Below, piece by piece: positions 1 to 13,189 of a stretch of 64,000 bases of DNA. The first letter of the stretch is position 1. The number at the start of each line of letters is the position of its first letter. A program made the position numbers and the translations under genes. The notes below the pieces were generated by a model. The model saw nothing but the letters and a program-made list of their open reading frames with translations, did not search any database and had not been told where the DNA came from. Origin of the DNA: the human T2T-CHM13v2.0 reference genome, Homo sapiens; assembly GCF_009914755.1 (NCBI RefSeq), contig NC_060927.1. One strand, written 5' to 3'.

Positions 1-57
1 ACCCACCGCGCCCTCCCAAAGTGCTGGGATTACAGGCGTGAGCCACTGCACCTGGCC
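1..57 (-). mobile_element. Alu 5' end (cut by window edge)
   Basis: cctcccaaagtgctgggattacaggcgtgagccactgcacctggcc is the reverse complement of the Alu 5' end. Confidence 0.95.
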
Positions 58-1249
58 CAATCATTTTTCTAATAATATTCAATGAATACCAACTTTACAC
101 AAAGCCATCATGCTAGGATATTTGGAATAAATCAGGATTATCTTTTTCTCAAATGGGGCAATGTAACATGCACAAATTACTATAATATAGATTAGAAAAA
201 GATAAGTGTAATTCAGAAGGTGCAGACAAAGGGCTATGCACATTTGGGTGAGGGAGGAATAGTTTCTATGCAGGAATGATCTGAGAGGGCTTCATATAAT
301 AAATAACTTTGGGTGGGAATGATTGTATCATATATGATAGGTGCAAAAACAATATTCTATTTAATTTGCCATTTTGTACAGTACTTGTCATTGAGGCTGG
401 AAAGAGCCTTTAGTGAGAATAAGAGGCATTTTAAAGGGTGTTAAGGGGTCAATGTAGAAGTAAGAGGGCAATGGAAAGTAGGTTAGACCAGCCATAAAAG
501 ATCTTTAAACCCACAGTTTTTGGTTATAATAAGCCATTGGAAGTGATAGATCCATATTTTGGTAAAAAACTATGGTGCCATCTATGTCTAGTTAAAAAAC
601 TTCCAAAATGCTCAACCTTCCCATGTTCTACAGTCTAAAGCACACTACAGTAGATGCCAACTTTAGACTTGGGATGTTTCTTTTTACTATCTCTTCTAAT
701 AATGCTTTTTAAAATAAAGGTTCCATAGAATGCAGTGAAGTTGATGTGTTCATTTTCTTAGGAATGTTTCTTTCTCCCAGGGAGTTAACTTTCTCTTAAG
801 GAAGTGATAGATTTATTTCTCACCACACAGCTGACTACTCTTCTCCTCCAGGGCGGTTTACCCCTGTATTATTCTAGAGTTATGTCCTTGGTCAAGAAAA
901 AGAATTGAGGGTTTGCTGGAATTCAGTGCCAGTGAACTTGATTGGAGAAATCCCAACAGTAAAAGGTAAAGAGTTGGAACTGCTGCAAAGATAGTATGCT
1001 TCGCCCTGGCAGTATATATTTGCTGATCTCATCTAAATGCTGTGTTTAAAATCCAAAATACAAACATCAAAGATGAGACTTCAACTTCACCTATGACCTA
1101 GTTCATATTTGGCAACTGGAGCAATTGAAGAGCTTTCTCAGTAATTTAAACAGGCAAATATAGTTATTGGATTATAAATTCCCTGGAAGATATGTTTTGC
1201 TTTCCTTTATAGTTGTTAATACAACCATCTTTGTCACATAAACTCTTCA

Positions 1250-2095
1250 AATGCCACATGTCCCCAAATGAACTAATAATCTTTTCTAGCCTTTGAAACC
1301 TATTTGTTTTCTTACATGTTCCAGCCTCATTATTGGCATCACGACCCATCCAGTTCTTCAAGCTGCAAATCTGAGTTGGCCTTGACTGCCTACACATCTA
1401 ATTAATTATCAAATTTTTAATATTTTACTGCAGAAATGCCCTAATTTGGTACCTCAATTCCCTCTTTATTGCTTCTGTTTTAATTCTGATCATCTTTTTC
1501 TTATCTCTACAATTGCAGCCTTTCTCTAACTAGACCCCTGTGACCATCAGTCCCTTCTACTCCCACTTGTTCAGTTTCCATTGTTCCCAGAGTGATTTCC
1601 ATTAAAAACAATATTACCACTTAATCATGTAACACTCCTGCTTAGAGCCATCCGTTGGCTCCCTGCTGCCTTTTGGATAATGTCCAATGTCCTTGGCATC
1701 ATCTGACCCCAAGATGATTCTGCAGAATCTTTTCCAACCACTGTCTCCCAGGCTACACACATACTCATTCTAAATTCCCTGCTCTTTCATGGTTTTGGGA
1801 CTCTGCTTTTCACTTGAAGAGCAAGATGCTTTTTGTTCAAGATCCATCCTAAAGATTACATTCTATCAAACTCCTTCTCTGAGGCTCCGAGTAAAGTTAC
1901 ATGACATTTCCCCTATACTTCCACATGGCCTTGCCCATTCCTCTAATCAGCTTTTATATGTGCTATAATTATATGCTTTCATATTTTAACACTCGACCAT
2001 GAACTCCTTGAAGCCTTAACTATGTCATTACTCCCCTTGCTTAGACTTATAGTTGAAATGGTCTTTGCTCAGTAAATATTTCTTTGAGTAAAAGA
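1250..2095 (+). mobile_element. L2 3' region relic
   Basis: L2-like motifs (aatcatgtaacactcctgcttaga...ggctccctgctgcc; gaactccttgaag; ctcagtaaatatt); boundaries approximate. Confidence 0.7.
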
Positions 2096-3759
2096 ATTTC
2101 AACTTCTTTGAAGGCCAGGGCTGAGTATTAATTATATTTATCTCCCTTTAGTGGTACCTGGTGTTCCTTTTATTCACTATTGCATGATTACCTTTAGTTT
2201 TGAGAGAGAATACTGGACTGCCTTCCAGCCTCTTATTTTCACGTGGTTCAAGCACAAATTTCTTTTACAAACTCTAGTGATAATAGTGTCTATCATCTTG
2301 GGCATGTCTACATGCATGCTGTGTACTGTGCTGGTGCTTTTTCTGTTCCTATCACAACCCAATAACCCAGCAAGGTGGAAGGCAGCACCCACTTTTTGAG
2401 TCAAAGATGACAAAATTCAAGCCCAGAATTCTACTATATCATATTAGCCTGTGATTTTTCTACTATATCATACTGCCTCTAAAATGTGCTTGTATAGCAA
2501 GTGTAAACAGACTAGGGTGGTTTGTGGTATCGTTTCTAGTTTCTAGCTCTTGCAAATGAGATATTTCTTTAAAGATTTTAGCCATTTCTAGTTTATATGC
2601 TGTTTGTTCCCCTTTGGATATATTATGCTTTAAATACTTGTCATTTAAGTGATGTTTTAAAATAGGTATTAAAGATTCATAACTGGAACTACTAAATGCA
2701 TTCACTGTGCAAAGCAGTTTAGCTCATCAAAGAAAATCTAGTGTCCATTTTTTTTAAAAAGGAAATCCATTTTCTTTGAGATTTTTCTGTTTAGAATTTG
2801 CTGACTGTAGTACTCTCTAGTGATTTCCTTTTGTTGTGAGGTTAATCTGTCTGTGAAGATATTCTAATTCTCATAGCTATTATAGTGATATCATTTTGGA
2901 TATTTACCTTGTTAGGGTCATATAGAGGAAATTCTTCCATGTATTTTGAGTCTGCTTTTATTGGGAGGAATATATTTTCCAGTGTCAGGTACTGTTGACA
3001 TCTTTTAACAGAAATAGTTTACCTTTTCTCCACAATGAACTTGCAGGAAGAAGTAAGGGTAGTTAGCCCTCCAACTCTCAAGTCTATAAAGCTTTTTTTT
3101 TTTTTTTTAAAAAAAAGGTTTTCTTTTGTTCTATTAAGTATTTTGGACAGACATCTTTATTGTATTTGTCAGTCCAAATGAATCTTTTATTCCAGTTATT
3201 GAACTAAAGGGAACAGAGACCAGAGCACTTACCAGTCTTACCATGTTTTATTTGATTTTCTGGAAAAAAGGATCCACATAAGAAGTTCAGATTTTATTGA
3301 AATGCCAAATATCCAGTTTGACAAGAAGTAGATGGCTCTTACCTGTGGTGTTCTGGCTATTCCTTCAATGGAGAGAATAAAGTAGAAGGTAAAATTGGGC
3401 AAGGTTTTTACCTTAACATCTGGATAAATGTTTTGCTGTGATTTGATGAGTTATGGAAAAGAATGAGGGTATTGGGCCTGGGGCAATGAGAAGGAGCTTT
3501 TGTGTTGTATTAATTTGGTACAGTTTTGGTTAGGCTACATCTCAGTCATCTGAAAATGAGCCTGTCCTTCTCTCTCAACAAATGTGTAATTTTAGGTTTT
3601 AGGATACATCATTAATAAAAATTTAGGCCTCTTGTTTAGCTGTACAGTACTCATATTATATATTGTATTATTGCTTCTGGCAAGTCAAAAGTTATAAAAT
3701 TATTTGGTAGATATTAATAATGGCTAATATTTGTATAGCATTTCAGCATTCTTTATGTC

Positions 3760-5390
3760 ATCACTTGAATTGTTTTCAAATTAATGGATGAAAAGTGGTT
3801 TCTTGTGATTGTTAATGTCCATTTGTTTACTATAATTGAAGTTCAGAATTTTTTAATATGTTTAAGAGATATTTAAATGCTTTGTTGAGCATTACTTGTT
3901 TATATTCATTGTCTCTTATTAACTGAATTGTTGTTTTTCCCTTTTTTGACATCTTTGAGCCATTTATATAGTTTTAAAAATGGAACACTTTATTAGTAAC
4001 ACGAATTGTATACATTGTCCCAGTTTTGGTTGGTCTTTTGATTTTTATATAGATGAATTAATAAATTTCCCTGTTATGATATCTAGATTTTGTGTCATAC
4101 TTAGAGAGGCATTCCCTATTTTGAAATTACTATTATTATTATTTCTAATTTTTCATTTTTGTGGGTACATAGTAGGTGTATAATTTTTAAAACATATCCC
4201 ATATGTTCTACTATAGTTTTATTTTACGTATTCAATTTTTTTCTCCTCCATTAATAAGTTCTGTAACTTTTACTTTCAAATTCCTATCCTAAGAGTTTAT
4301 AGACTTAAGAATTGGACAAATTTCCTAACAATGTTATTCAACAATTCATCTTCTTTATGTTAGTTTGAAATGTCTAGTTTATCATATTTTATATTCCTCT
4401 ATGTAATTCTATTTCTTGACTTTCTATCCTATTATATTAACTGATCTTTTTCTGTATATTTTAGTACTACAATTTTAATTATAGAATATTTGTGATATGT
4501 TCTTAAAATTCTCATTCCATGATTTTGTTCTCAGAATTTTATTTGACTAATTGTACTTATTTGGAAGTCTGTATGACTTTAAGTATCAGATTTTCTAATT
4601 GAAAAAAATCCTGATGGTATTTTTAATGGACTGATCTACAGGAAATACGACATTTTTGTGATGTTGAACATTCATATTCAAAAACTTGCTAGGTATTTTT
4701 ATTGTTTACACCTTTTGAGGGAGTTCTCAATAAAACATTTTGTACTTATTTTATTCCTAGTAATTTTATCTTTGCAATTGCTATGTAAAATAGAAAGTTT
4801 TCTTTCACTGTTTTGCTTTTTCTAATTCAATCATGTTTGTTTACTTGAAGGAAATTAACTTCTATATGTTATTAATTTTTTTAACCAGCCAGCTTACTGA
4901 CTTTCTCCTATCCTTTGTAATAATTCTGGTGTTGGATTATTGAAGTTTTCAGATAAGAAATAATACTGGTCTTAAATAATAAAAATTTTGCCTTTTGTTG
5001 CTAATTTTTGCAACTCTTACTTTTTCCCTTTTGTTTAATTGCTTTGGCATTTTAAGACCAATGTTAAAACATGGCGACCATAAAGAAAACCCTTCTCCTT
5101 CTTAACTTTAAGGGGTATTATTTTATTGTTTTTCTAATGAGTGTTTTCTGGCTTGTTGTTTGAGAGGTAAATATTTTATTATATATTTGTGCTTTATTAG
5201 AAGACTTTGTAATGTATTCCTATTTCATTAAGCCTTTTTATCCATTGTCATTTTATTATCTATCGAGACTATTCTTTCTGTGTTATTGAATCAATTAATA
5301 TAATGAATTCAACAGATTTTATAATATTGAACTATCTTTGCATCCCTTCAATAAAAGTTACTTGCTATGTTGCTGGATTTTCCCTCCACT
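3760..5390 (-). mobile_element. Old L1M (ORF2/3') relic, with a short younger L1 3'-end fragment at about 4135-4182
   Basis: T-rich antisense L1 ORF2 phrases (aaatcctgatggtatttttaatgga, gacatttttgtgatgttgaac, aatattgaactatctttgcatccc); tttttgtgggtacatagtaggtgtata. Confidence 0.65.
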
Positions 5391-5407
5391 AATAGGACTT
5401 TTACACT

Positions 5408-5517
5408 GAATATATATAGAGAGATATATATGTAAAAATATATATACACACAAATATAATATAGTGTATATATAGTATGGTATATATATACACATATATG
5501 ATATGATGTACATATAT
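5408..5517. repeat. Degenerate (TA)n low-complexity tract
   Basis: Seen directly; it explains ORF 5348-5665. Confidence 0.8.
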
Positions 5518-6467
5518 TGGAATTTACATTCTTTTCTTGGACGTGTATATTATTTGACTTTGGTAAGGAAACTACACACCCATATTTGTGCCGATTACAA
5601 GGTGGTCCCACCTGGTTTAGCATTTGTGCCGATTTTTCATATTGTAATAAGGCATTGTTATTCATTGTTGCATGAAAACAGGGCCAAGATTGGTTGGCAG
5701 ATCTCCAGTTCTTATAGTTTTGGCTGTGGCCTTGTCTAATAGTGTCTCAAACGTTTGTGTAGTGAATATAGTTTTTACTTCAATGTGTGTTTAAATCTGA
5801 AAGATGCCCAGAAATATCACATATTTTTCAGACACAAAAACATTTGTATCTAAACACTTCAGATACGAAACATTTGTATCTATATCTATATCTGTATCTA
5901 TATCTATATATCATCTCCTTTCCTACAACAACATGCACATTGTACACCAACTAGTAATGTCTCATAGTCTGTGAGAGCCTGAGGTTACCAGCCCACAAGT
6001 TAGTGGAGTCAGTTGGAAATATGGGAAATTATAGTGTATGTATACATGCAATATATTTAGAACTTTTCAGTATCTTTGGTATTAAAAAAATCCTACAATA
6101 AACCTTTTTGGGATCAATGACCTAACAAAAATGAAAAATAAGTTTAATGAATTATTAAATTCTCATTTCTAAGAAAATTGATGATGCATAGATAACTGGG
6201 AGAAAATGCAGACATTTACATTTGTCATGGGTGCCCACATTGACTGCATTATAGTCACTGACCACATTAAAATCAGAATGCATAAATCTGCTGAATAAGC
6301 ATCAGCATGTATTTTAAAAACCAGTAACCGATTTAAGAAGACTGTACTTAAAAATTATGATTCATTCTGCAGAAGGTATCTTGGACATATTTTGTGAAGC
6401 ATGACTTTTCATTTAGATCAAAGGACTGCTCTTCCAAATGAATTTCATTTATTCATTTTTTTTGGTA

Positions 6468-7545
6468 AGAGTTTTTTATGATATAATTTACATATATTAA
6501 ATCACTCCTTTTAAGTGTAGAGTTCATTGAATTTTGCAAAATATATGCAATCATGTAACCACCACCACAGTCAAGATTTAGAACAACATCCTCAGCCCCA
6601 AAGGTCAGTACCCTCCTCCCACTTCCAGTACATAGCAGCTACTAATCTATTTTTATGCCTAAAATTTCCTTTGTTTAATATGTAATTTTAATGAAATTAT
6701 ATACAGTACCCGGCCCCTTAACAAGCAGCTTTGCTTTCCATGATTTCAATTATGTTCTGTGAGCTGAATCCCAAAAATATTAAATGGAAAATCCCATAAA
6801 TAAACAATCCATAAGATTTCAATTGCACACCCTTCTGAGTAGTGTGATGATATCTCACGCTATCCCACTCCATCCCACCCAGGATGTGAACTATCTCTTT
6901 ATTCAGAGTATCCATGCTGTACATGCTACCTCTCCTTTAGTCACATAGTAGGCATCTTGGTTATCTCATCAACTGTTGCGGTTTCACAGTGCTTGTATTC
7001 AAGTAAACCTTATTTTACTTAATAATGGCCCTAAAGCGCAAGAGTGGTGATGCTAGTGATTCGGCACCACCAAAAAGAAGTCAGAAAGTACTTCCTTTAA
7101 GTAAAAAAGTGAAAGTGCTTCCTTTAAGTAAAAGAGTGAGAAGAGGAAAAAATATGCTGAGGTTGCTAAGATCCACAGTATGAATAAACCTATCTGTGAA
7201 ATTGTGATGGGAAAAAAATTGTGCTAGTTTTGCTGTCACACTTCAAACTGCAAAAGTTACAGCCACAATGCATGATAAGTGATTAGTTAACATGAAAAAA
7301 GCATTACATTTGTGGGTAGAATACATGAACAGAAACATGTTCCAATTGAGGGCAATTGGGTTTGGTACTATCGTCGGTTTTAGGCATCCACCAGGTGGTA
7401 TTGGAACATATCCGTCTCAGGTAAGGGGGAATTACTGTATGTAGCATTCTTTGTCTGCCTTCTTTCACTTAGATAAATGATGTTGCAATTTATTCCTTTT
7501 TTCGAGGGAAGCAGTAGTTTGTTCTGTTTTATTGTTGAAAATTTT
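6468..7545 (-). mobile_element. L1M 3' end, split by the MER44 insertion
   Basis: tttaagtgtagagttcattgaatttt...gtaaccaccaccacagtcaagat; sequence resumes after MER44 with tgtagcattctttgtctgccttctttcacttag. Confidence 0.75.
6704..7437 (+). mobile_element. MER44C-like Tigger7-family non-autonomous DNA transposon
   Basis: CAGTA...TACTG termini, TA target duplication (6702-6703, 7438-7439), about 735 bp, typical gggtttggtactatc...aggcatccac...ttggaac 3' end. Confidence 0.85.
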
Positions 7546-8355
7546 GTTCATTTTGATTCCAAGTTTTCTTCTGTGTGTAGAAAAGAATGAAGCACCAGTG
7601 ATTAATGTGTTGTTATTAGTAACAGCACTTGGCAAGTATTCATGTCATCAGGGTTTCCAGTGGAAAACCAGTTAACTTTAATAATGGTTGAACTTTTGTA
7701 TCTAATTGAATTGAAGTAAAACTTTTCAAAGTTCGTTCTGTAGGTGAATTATATTTCTCTGTAAATGTTGTTGTAAATTCAGTTTAAAAGGTCATTAAAG
7801 ATAAAGGTATTAATTTTATGGTGACAAAGCAATTGTAAATTTTTGTAGAGCACAGTAACATGGCAAAGACTGCTTTCTAAATTAATAAAATGTATGAAGC
7901 ATAAATGTTCTTGGACTTGATGTAGTGTACACATAATTCACTTTTGTGTTAATCACTATAGAAGCTGGATTGGTCAAAATTACCACATATTTTTATATGT
8001 GGTGAATTAGGTACAGTAATTACACTAAGTGATTAGATACATTAAATACAGAAAAACTATTTGGCATGATACTACGTGGTTTCTTTTTTTTAATGCCTGT
8101 TGTCAGAGTTTTGAAATATCTGAGCCTTTGAATTATTACTTGTAAACAATCTAAGTGTTCAACAAAGTTATTAGTCTTTTCTAAATGAGCCTTTTATGTT
8201 TTCTTTACATTTTATTTGAAATCACTTGAAAATATTTAACCAAGGTTTGTAATTAAACAAAACACTAAAAACTTCATCTTTTAAACATTTTAACAAATAG
8301 CAACTTTTTAAAAACAAAACTTGCAGATAGAAGCACATTGAAATGTACTACTGAA

Positions 8356-8694
<339 letters not shown>

Positions 8695-9544
8695 TTAAAC
8701 AATGAGAGCTCAAACTATTTACTAGACTTAATATTAAAATGATTTAATTTTTCTTTGAGATATTTTAACTTAGAAAATATTTTGGTGGAATTTGTTTTTA
8801 ATTAGATAAATTTAAGTTCCGTACTGATTTTGCAATCTCTAAATCTGGAACAACATTACAAAGAATCATATGGACACCTATTATGATAAATTTTTATATT
8901 ACAAAAATGTTTTTGAAGGTAGTTACCCTGAATGAGGCAAAATAAGAGGTAATATTTTGACTGAAATGTTTGCACTTTCCAATATAAAAAGTATATAATT
9001 CAGAATATTCGTAGCATATCAAAATTTGGGGGAAAAGTAGAATTTAAAATATCCTGTATATAGCAAAATTTGCTGTATGCCTACAGGTTATTTTAGCAAC
9101 CATAGATAATATTTTTTCAATTAAAATTTTTATGGTCTGTTGTGAATAGTTTATGGAAGATGTCAACAATTTCAAATTTATTAACTATGAAGTGCACCTT
9201 TGAGGAAAATTACAGGCAATTTTATGAAAAAAATAAAAATAATGATACTACATAGAGGAAAAGCAAAAACATAGTCTTCAGAATAACACCAACAACTTGG
9301 CATAAGAGACAGATATGGCTAAATACATGATTTAAATATGACAAAATATAATAAAATATTATTGTGTTTAGTGTACTATTTTATTTTCAGGTAATGTGTA
9401 TATATAAAATTATATATATATATAAAACAAATAATTTTACTTTTTAAAATAGTTTTGCAAAAAGTAAATTTTATAGGTTTATCAATATAATAAAACTAGT
9501 CAAAACTAAAACCAAATACTTAAAGAATTATATTATTATTTAAT

Positions 9545-9600
9545 ACTTACTTTCACTCTCAAAGCAGTCCCTAATTTATACCTTATTTTATACTCACTTC
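9545..9600. mobile_element. Possible hAT-Blackjack/MER94-type terminus; the AT-rich block upstream may be its interior
   Basis: tttcactctcaaagcagtccc... resembles the recalled MER94/Blackjack end. Confidence 0.3.
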
Positions 9601-9774
9601 ATAAAATCATTTTCAAAGCCATTTGAACTAGGCAGGGGTTTTGGGTGTGCCTCAGATTGCCAAGCACAAATTTCCAAAAAGTAGACTTTTAAAATAATTT
9701 AATTTTTATATTATCTTCTGAGGTAGATTGATCAAATTGACAAAAATTATTCCACAATTTTAATTGTTAATACA

Positions 9775-10201
9775 CAGTTGACTCTTGAACAACAGAGGTT
9801 TGAATTGCGCGAGTCCACTTATACAAGGATTTTCTTCCACCTCTGCCTCCTCCCATGAGACAACAAGACTGACCCCTCCTCTTCCTCTTCTTCCTCAGTC
9901 TACTCAATGTGAAGATGATAAGGATGAAGACCTTTATGATTATCCACTTCCATTTAATGAATAGTAAATCTATTTTCTCTTCTTTATAACTTTCTTATTA
10001 ACATTTTCTTTTCTCTAGCTTAATTTATTGTAAGAATACAGTGTATAGTACCTATAACATACAAAATACATGTTAATTGACTGTGTTATCAGTAAGACTT
10101 CCAGTCAACAGCAGGCTATTGGTAGTTAAATTTTGGGAGAGTCAAAAGTTATATGCAGATTTTCTACTGGAGGGAGGTGCCCCTAGTTCAAGGGTCAACA
10201 G
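9775..10201 (+). mobile_element. Tigger2a DNA transposon, near full length
   Basis: TIRs cagttgactcttgaac / gttcaagggtcaacag; internal gaagacctttatgat...ccacttcca; about 430 bp. Confidence 0.9.
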
Positions 10202-10494
10202 TAAATATTAAATATTCAACAGCTGATATAACACTGATATCTCTTTAATTTTCATATGCTAGAAACATTGACATGCAGATGACACGTGTCTCTTTTGACC
10301 TGTCATTGCTCCTAGACATGTTTATTGTGCTCACTTGAGAGACAAGGAGCCAGAGAACCCTAAAGAGGCTAAGTATTTTTGTCTCAAAGCTAGAACAGGA
10401 GAAGGCTTGGCTGTTATTCTCCTCTTAATTGCAAAACCCATGCTCTTCCTTCAAATTTACTGTGCTTTTAGTTTGAAAAGAGGAAAAGGGAAGA

Positions 10495-10705
10495 TAATTA
10501 ACATTTAATAAGCAAATTTGGACCTAATGCTGTACTTGATATTTTCACCTTCCTTAGTTAATTTAATCTCAACAACAATGCAAGTTAGATGTTTCTGTTC
10601 TGACTTTATGGATTGGGAAACTGAAGCCTAGAAAGGTTTAATAAATTGTCAAAAGTCACACATTTTGTAAGTAGTGAAGCTGGAATCTATACACATGGTT
10701 TTGAC
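10495..10705 (-). mobile_element. MIR
   Basis: Core ggaaactgaagcctagaaaggtttaataaattgtcaaaagtcacac. Confidence 0.75.
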
Positions 10706-10821
10706 AATAGCAGGCCCTGTTTAATAAAAGGCAAAAATTGGATCTAAAGTGTAAGGCATTAAATTTATGATTAAGAACTTGATGATCATACGTGACTTCA
10801 CTGTGAGATACTTACAAGCTA

Positions 10822-11032
10822 TTTTTATGCTTTTTAAGAAGACATTATCTGGGAAGCTCAACATATAAAGTCGCCAACTGGCAATGTTTTATAAACAGTA
10901 TTTAGTAGGTTACTCAGGAATTTACCTCTCTTGTTAGAATAAAGTACCCACAAGGCTGTTTTTACCTAAGGAGTAATAACCCACTGGTGTTGGAGAATTG
11001 AGAGCTCTGCTGTAAGTCCAAAGCTTGTTAAT
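10822..11032 (+). repeat. Inverted repeat, left arm (211 bp)
   Basis: Reverse complement of 11617-11827; 207/211 identical, no gaps (hand alignment). Confidence 0.98.
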
Positions 11033-11094
11033 ATTATAATATATTCAGAGTTATCTGTAAAGCAATGTCACACTAACTTGAATTTTAAAATGCT

Positions 11095-11302
11095 TCTGGC
11101 TCATCAGTGGTTCTTTAGGGGTGGGGGTCAGGATCAAGAGGGGTGGAATTACAAGAGACATGAAGAAACTTTTGGGGGTGATGGATATGGTCACTGTCTT
11201 GATTGTGGTGGTTTTGGGCTTATACATCTGTTAAAGTTATCAAATTGTACACTCTGTGCAGTTTATTGTACATGAATTGTACTTCAAAAATGCTGTTAAA
11301 AA
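11095..11302 (+). mobile_element. L1MC/L1ME-type 3' end fragment inside the inverted-repeat spacer
   Basis: gaaacttttgggggtgatggatatggtcactgtcttgattgtggtgg...tcaaattgtacact...tgcagtttattgta. Confidence 0.8.
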
Positions 11303-11351
11303 TGATTTCTGGGGTGGAAGAGAGAAGGGTAGAGTTAAAACTACAGCACTA

Positions 11352-11406
11352 TTAGGTTGGTGCAAAAGTAATGGCAAAAACAGCAATTACTTTCACACGA
11401 ACCTAA
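11352..11406. mobile_element. MADE1 (Hsmar1-derived MITE), internally deleted
   Basis: ttaggttggtgcaaaagtaat...attactttcacacgaacctaa flanked by TA at 11350-11351 and 11407-11408; 55 bp versus about 80 bp for the consensus. Confidence 0.9.
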
Positions 11407-11616
11407 TAGAATGACACGTCCTCTGCATTCAATTTTCTCAACTCTGATGAGCAGCCTTTTCTGGAGTATTATTGTTTGTGCAGGTACAGACTATTGAACG
11501 TAAACTATTACTTGAGAAACAAGTAATGTTAACAATGAACATAGTCAAATTAATAATACAAACCTATTATTTTAACAGTAAAATTAGATTAAAGTTAGTG
11601 TTGATTTTTTTTGGTC

Positions 11617-11827
11617 ATTAGCAAGCTTTGGACTTACAGCAGAGCTCTCAATTCTCCAACACCAGTGGGTTATTACTCCTTAGGTAAAAACAGCCTTTTG
11701 GGTACTTTATTCTAACAAGAGAGGTAAATTCCTGAGTAACCTACTAAATACTGTTTATAAAACATTGCCAGTTGGCAACTTTATAGGTTGAGCTTCCCAG
11801 ATAATGTCTTCTTAAAAAGCATAAAAA
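11617..11827 (-). repeat. Inverted repeat, right arm (211 bp)
   Basis: Partner of 10822-11032; paired coordinates sum to 22649 throughout. Confidence 0.98.
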
Positions 11828-11842
11828 CTACAGACTTGTTTT

Positions 11843-12250
11843 CTATGTTAGTTATCTACTCACTTGTTTGTGAGTTGGGTGGGGAGTAATCTAATCCAAG
11901 TTGGGCTTAGCTGGGTTGCTCTGGGATCTTGGCTGAACTCACTCATGTGTATGTAGATTGTCTACAGGCTCTGCTCCTGTGGGCTTGGCTGAGGAAGCTC
12001 AACTAGGGCATTTCTCCTCCAGATGTCTCTCCTGAAATGCTGAGCGTGATCCTGTCAGCAGAAGTAGAACAAAGCCAGCCCAATAACACAAATGATTTTC
12101 AAGACTTTGCTTGTGTCATGTTCGTTAATATCCCTTTGGCTAAAGTAAGTCACATGGACAAGCATGGGCTTGGGAATGATGCCCTCCCACAGTGAGTGGG
12201 AGCTGAAAGTTATGTTTCAAAGGATAATTGGAGTCAATAATAAAATCCAT
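11843..12250 (-). mobile_element. MLT1-family (ERVL-MaLR) LTR
   Basis: tatgttagttatcta start; tgcttgtgtcatgttcgttaatatccctttggctaaagtaagtcacatgg. Confidence 0.7.
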
Positions 12251-13189
12251 CATATTTGCCTTATTATTGTTATCTTTGGGGGAAAAATAACACGTTTCAA
12301 AAATTAAAAGTTATTTTAAAAAAGGTTAGACATCTTTTTTTGTAAAATGAGGGTTTTGTATCTTAAAATGGCTTTTTTATTTCCTCACATACACATGCAG
12401 TTAATGTTTACAGTGAATGCCATAGAATACAAAATTTATGATGCTACCTGTGAGATACATAAAAATGTTATCAAAAAAGAGTTCTGATATTTCAATATGA
12501 TTAAAAACTGCACATGCAAAAAAATACACTTTTGTATAATGCTTTGCACAGTCAGCCTACTTTTACAAGAATATAAGCTAAAAAGGATGGCAGTCAACTC
12601 AATCCTGTTGATCAGTGTATGCTTTGTCCCCAGCATTGTTCGTAGTACATAGTCCAAACTTCAAATATGTGTTGGATGATTGAATTTGTAAAATATGAAA
12701 AAAAAACTCGCCTGCCTCATTGGAAGCTTTCATAAAGTGAAGAACTTTTCTAGTTAAAGGAGGCAAATTTGATTAAATTGTTGGAATGCTATCCAAAAAT
12801 GGACAGTAGGCTTGGGGACAGCAATAAGAAAATCAGTAGGTTCTTTGAAAGTCAAATCAAGGATGGTGATGGTATGTAATCTTAAACTCTATGCTGCACT
12901 ATAAAGCAGCAGGGATATCTAGTACCCTTAAAGCAAGTTTTATAGATTTATCCACTGAATAATAAATTTTTAAATGTTCTGTGACAAAGTCATCAATGTG
13001 AGCTATTTGACCCAAGGTGACAAGGCCACTAGTGGTTAGTATAGAAGGATTGCAGCTCTGTTTAAAGTATCTCAGTTGTGGTGCTGGAATGTCTGCTGTT
13101 AATAACTAGCTGAGGTTATATCCAGCCTCCTGCATTATTAGGTATTGTGGTATGTTTGCATAATATTTCCAAATGTTCTCTGTCACAAG

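Noticed and set aside
7086-7140. Short tandem duplication (aaagtRcttcctttaagtaaaa x2) inside MER44
   Set aside because: Ordinary slippage duplication in a dead transposon
10822-11827. Reading the inverted repeat as an intact transposon with long TIRs, or as a CRISPR-like array
   Set aside because: No TSD, no transposase remnant, and the spacer is ordinary old repeat debris; there are only two arms, with no repeat-spacer periodicity. A Dfam search is still needed to exclude a rare element.
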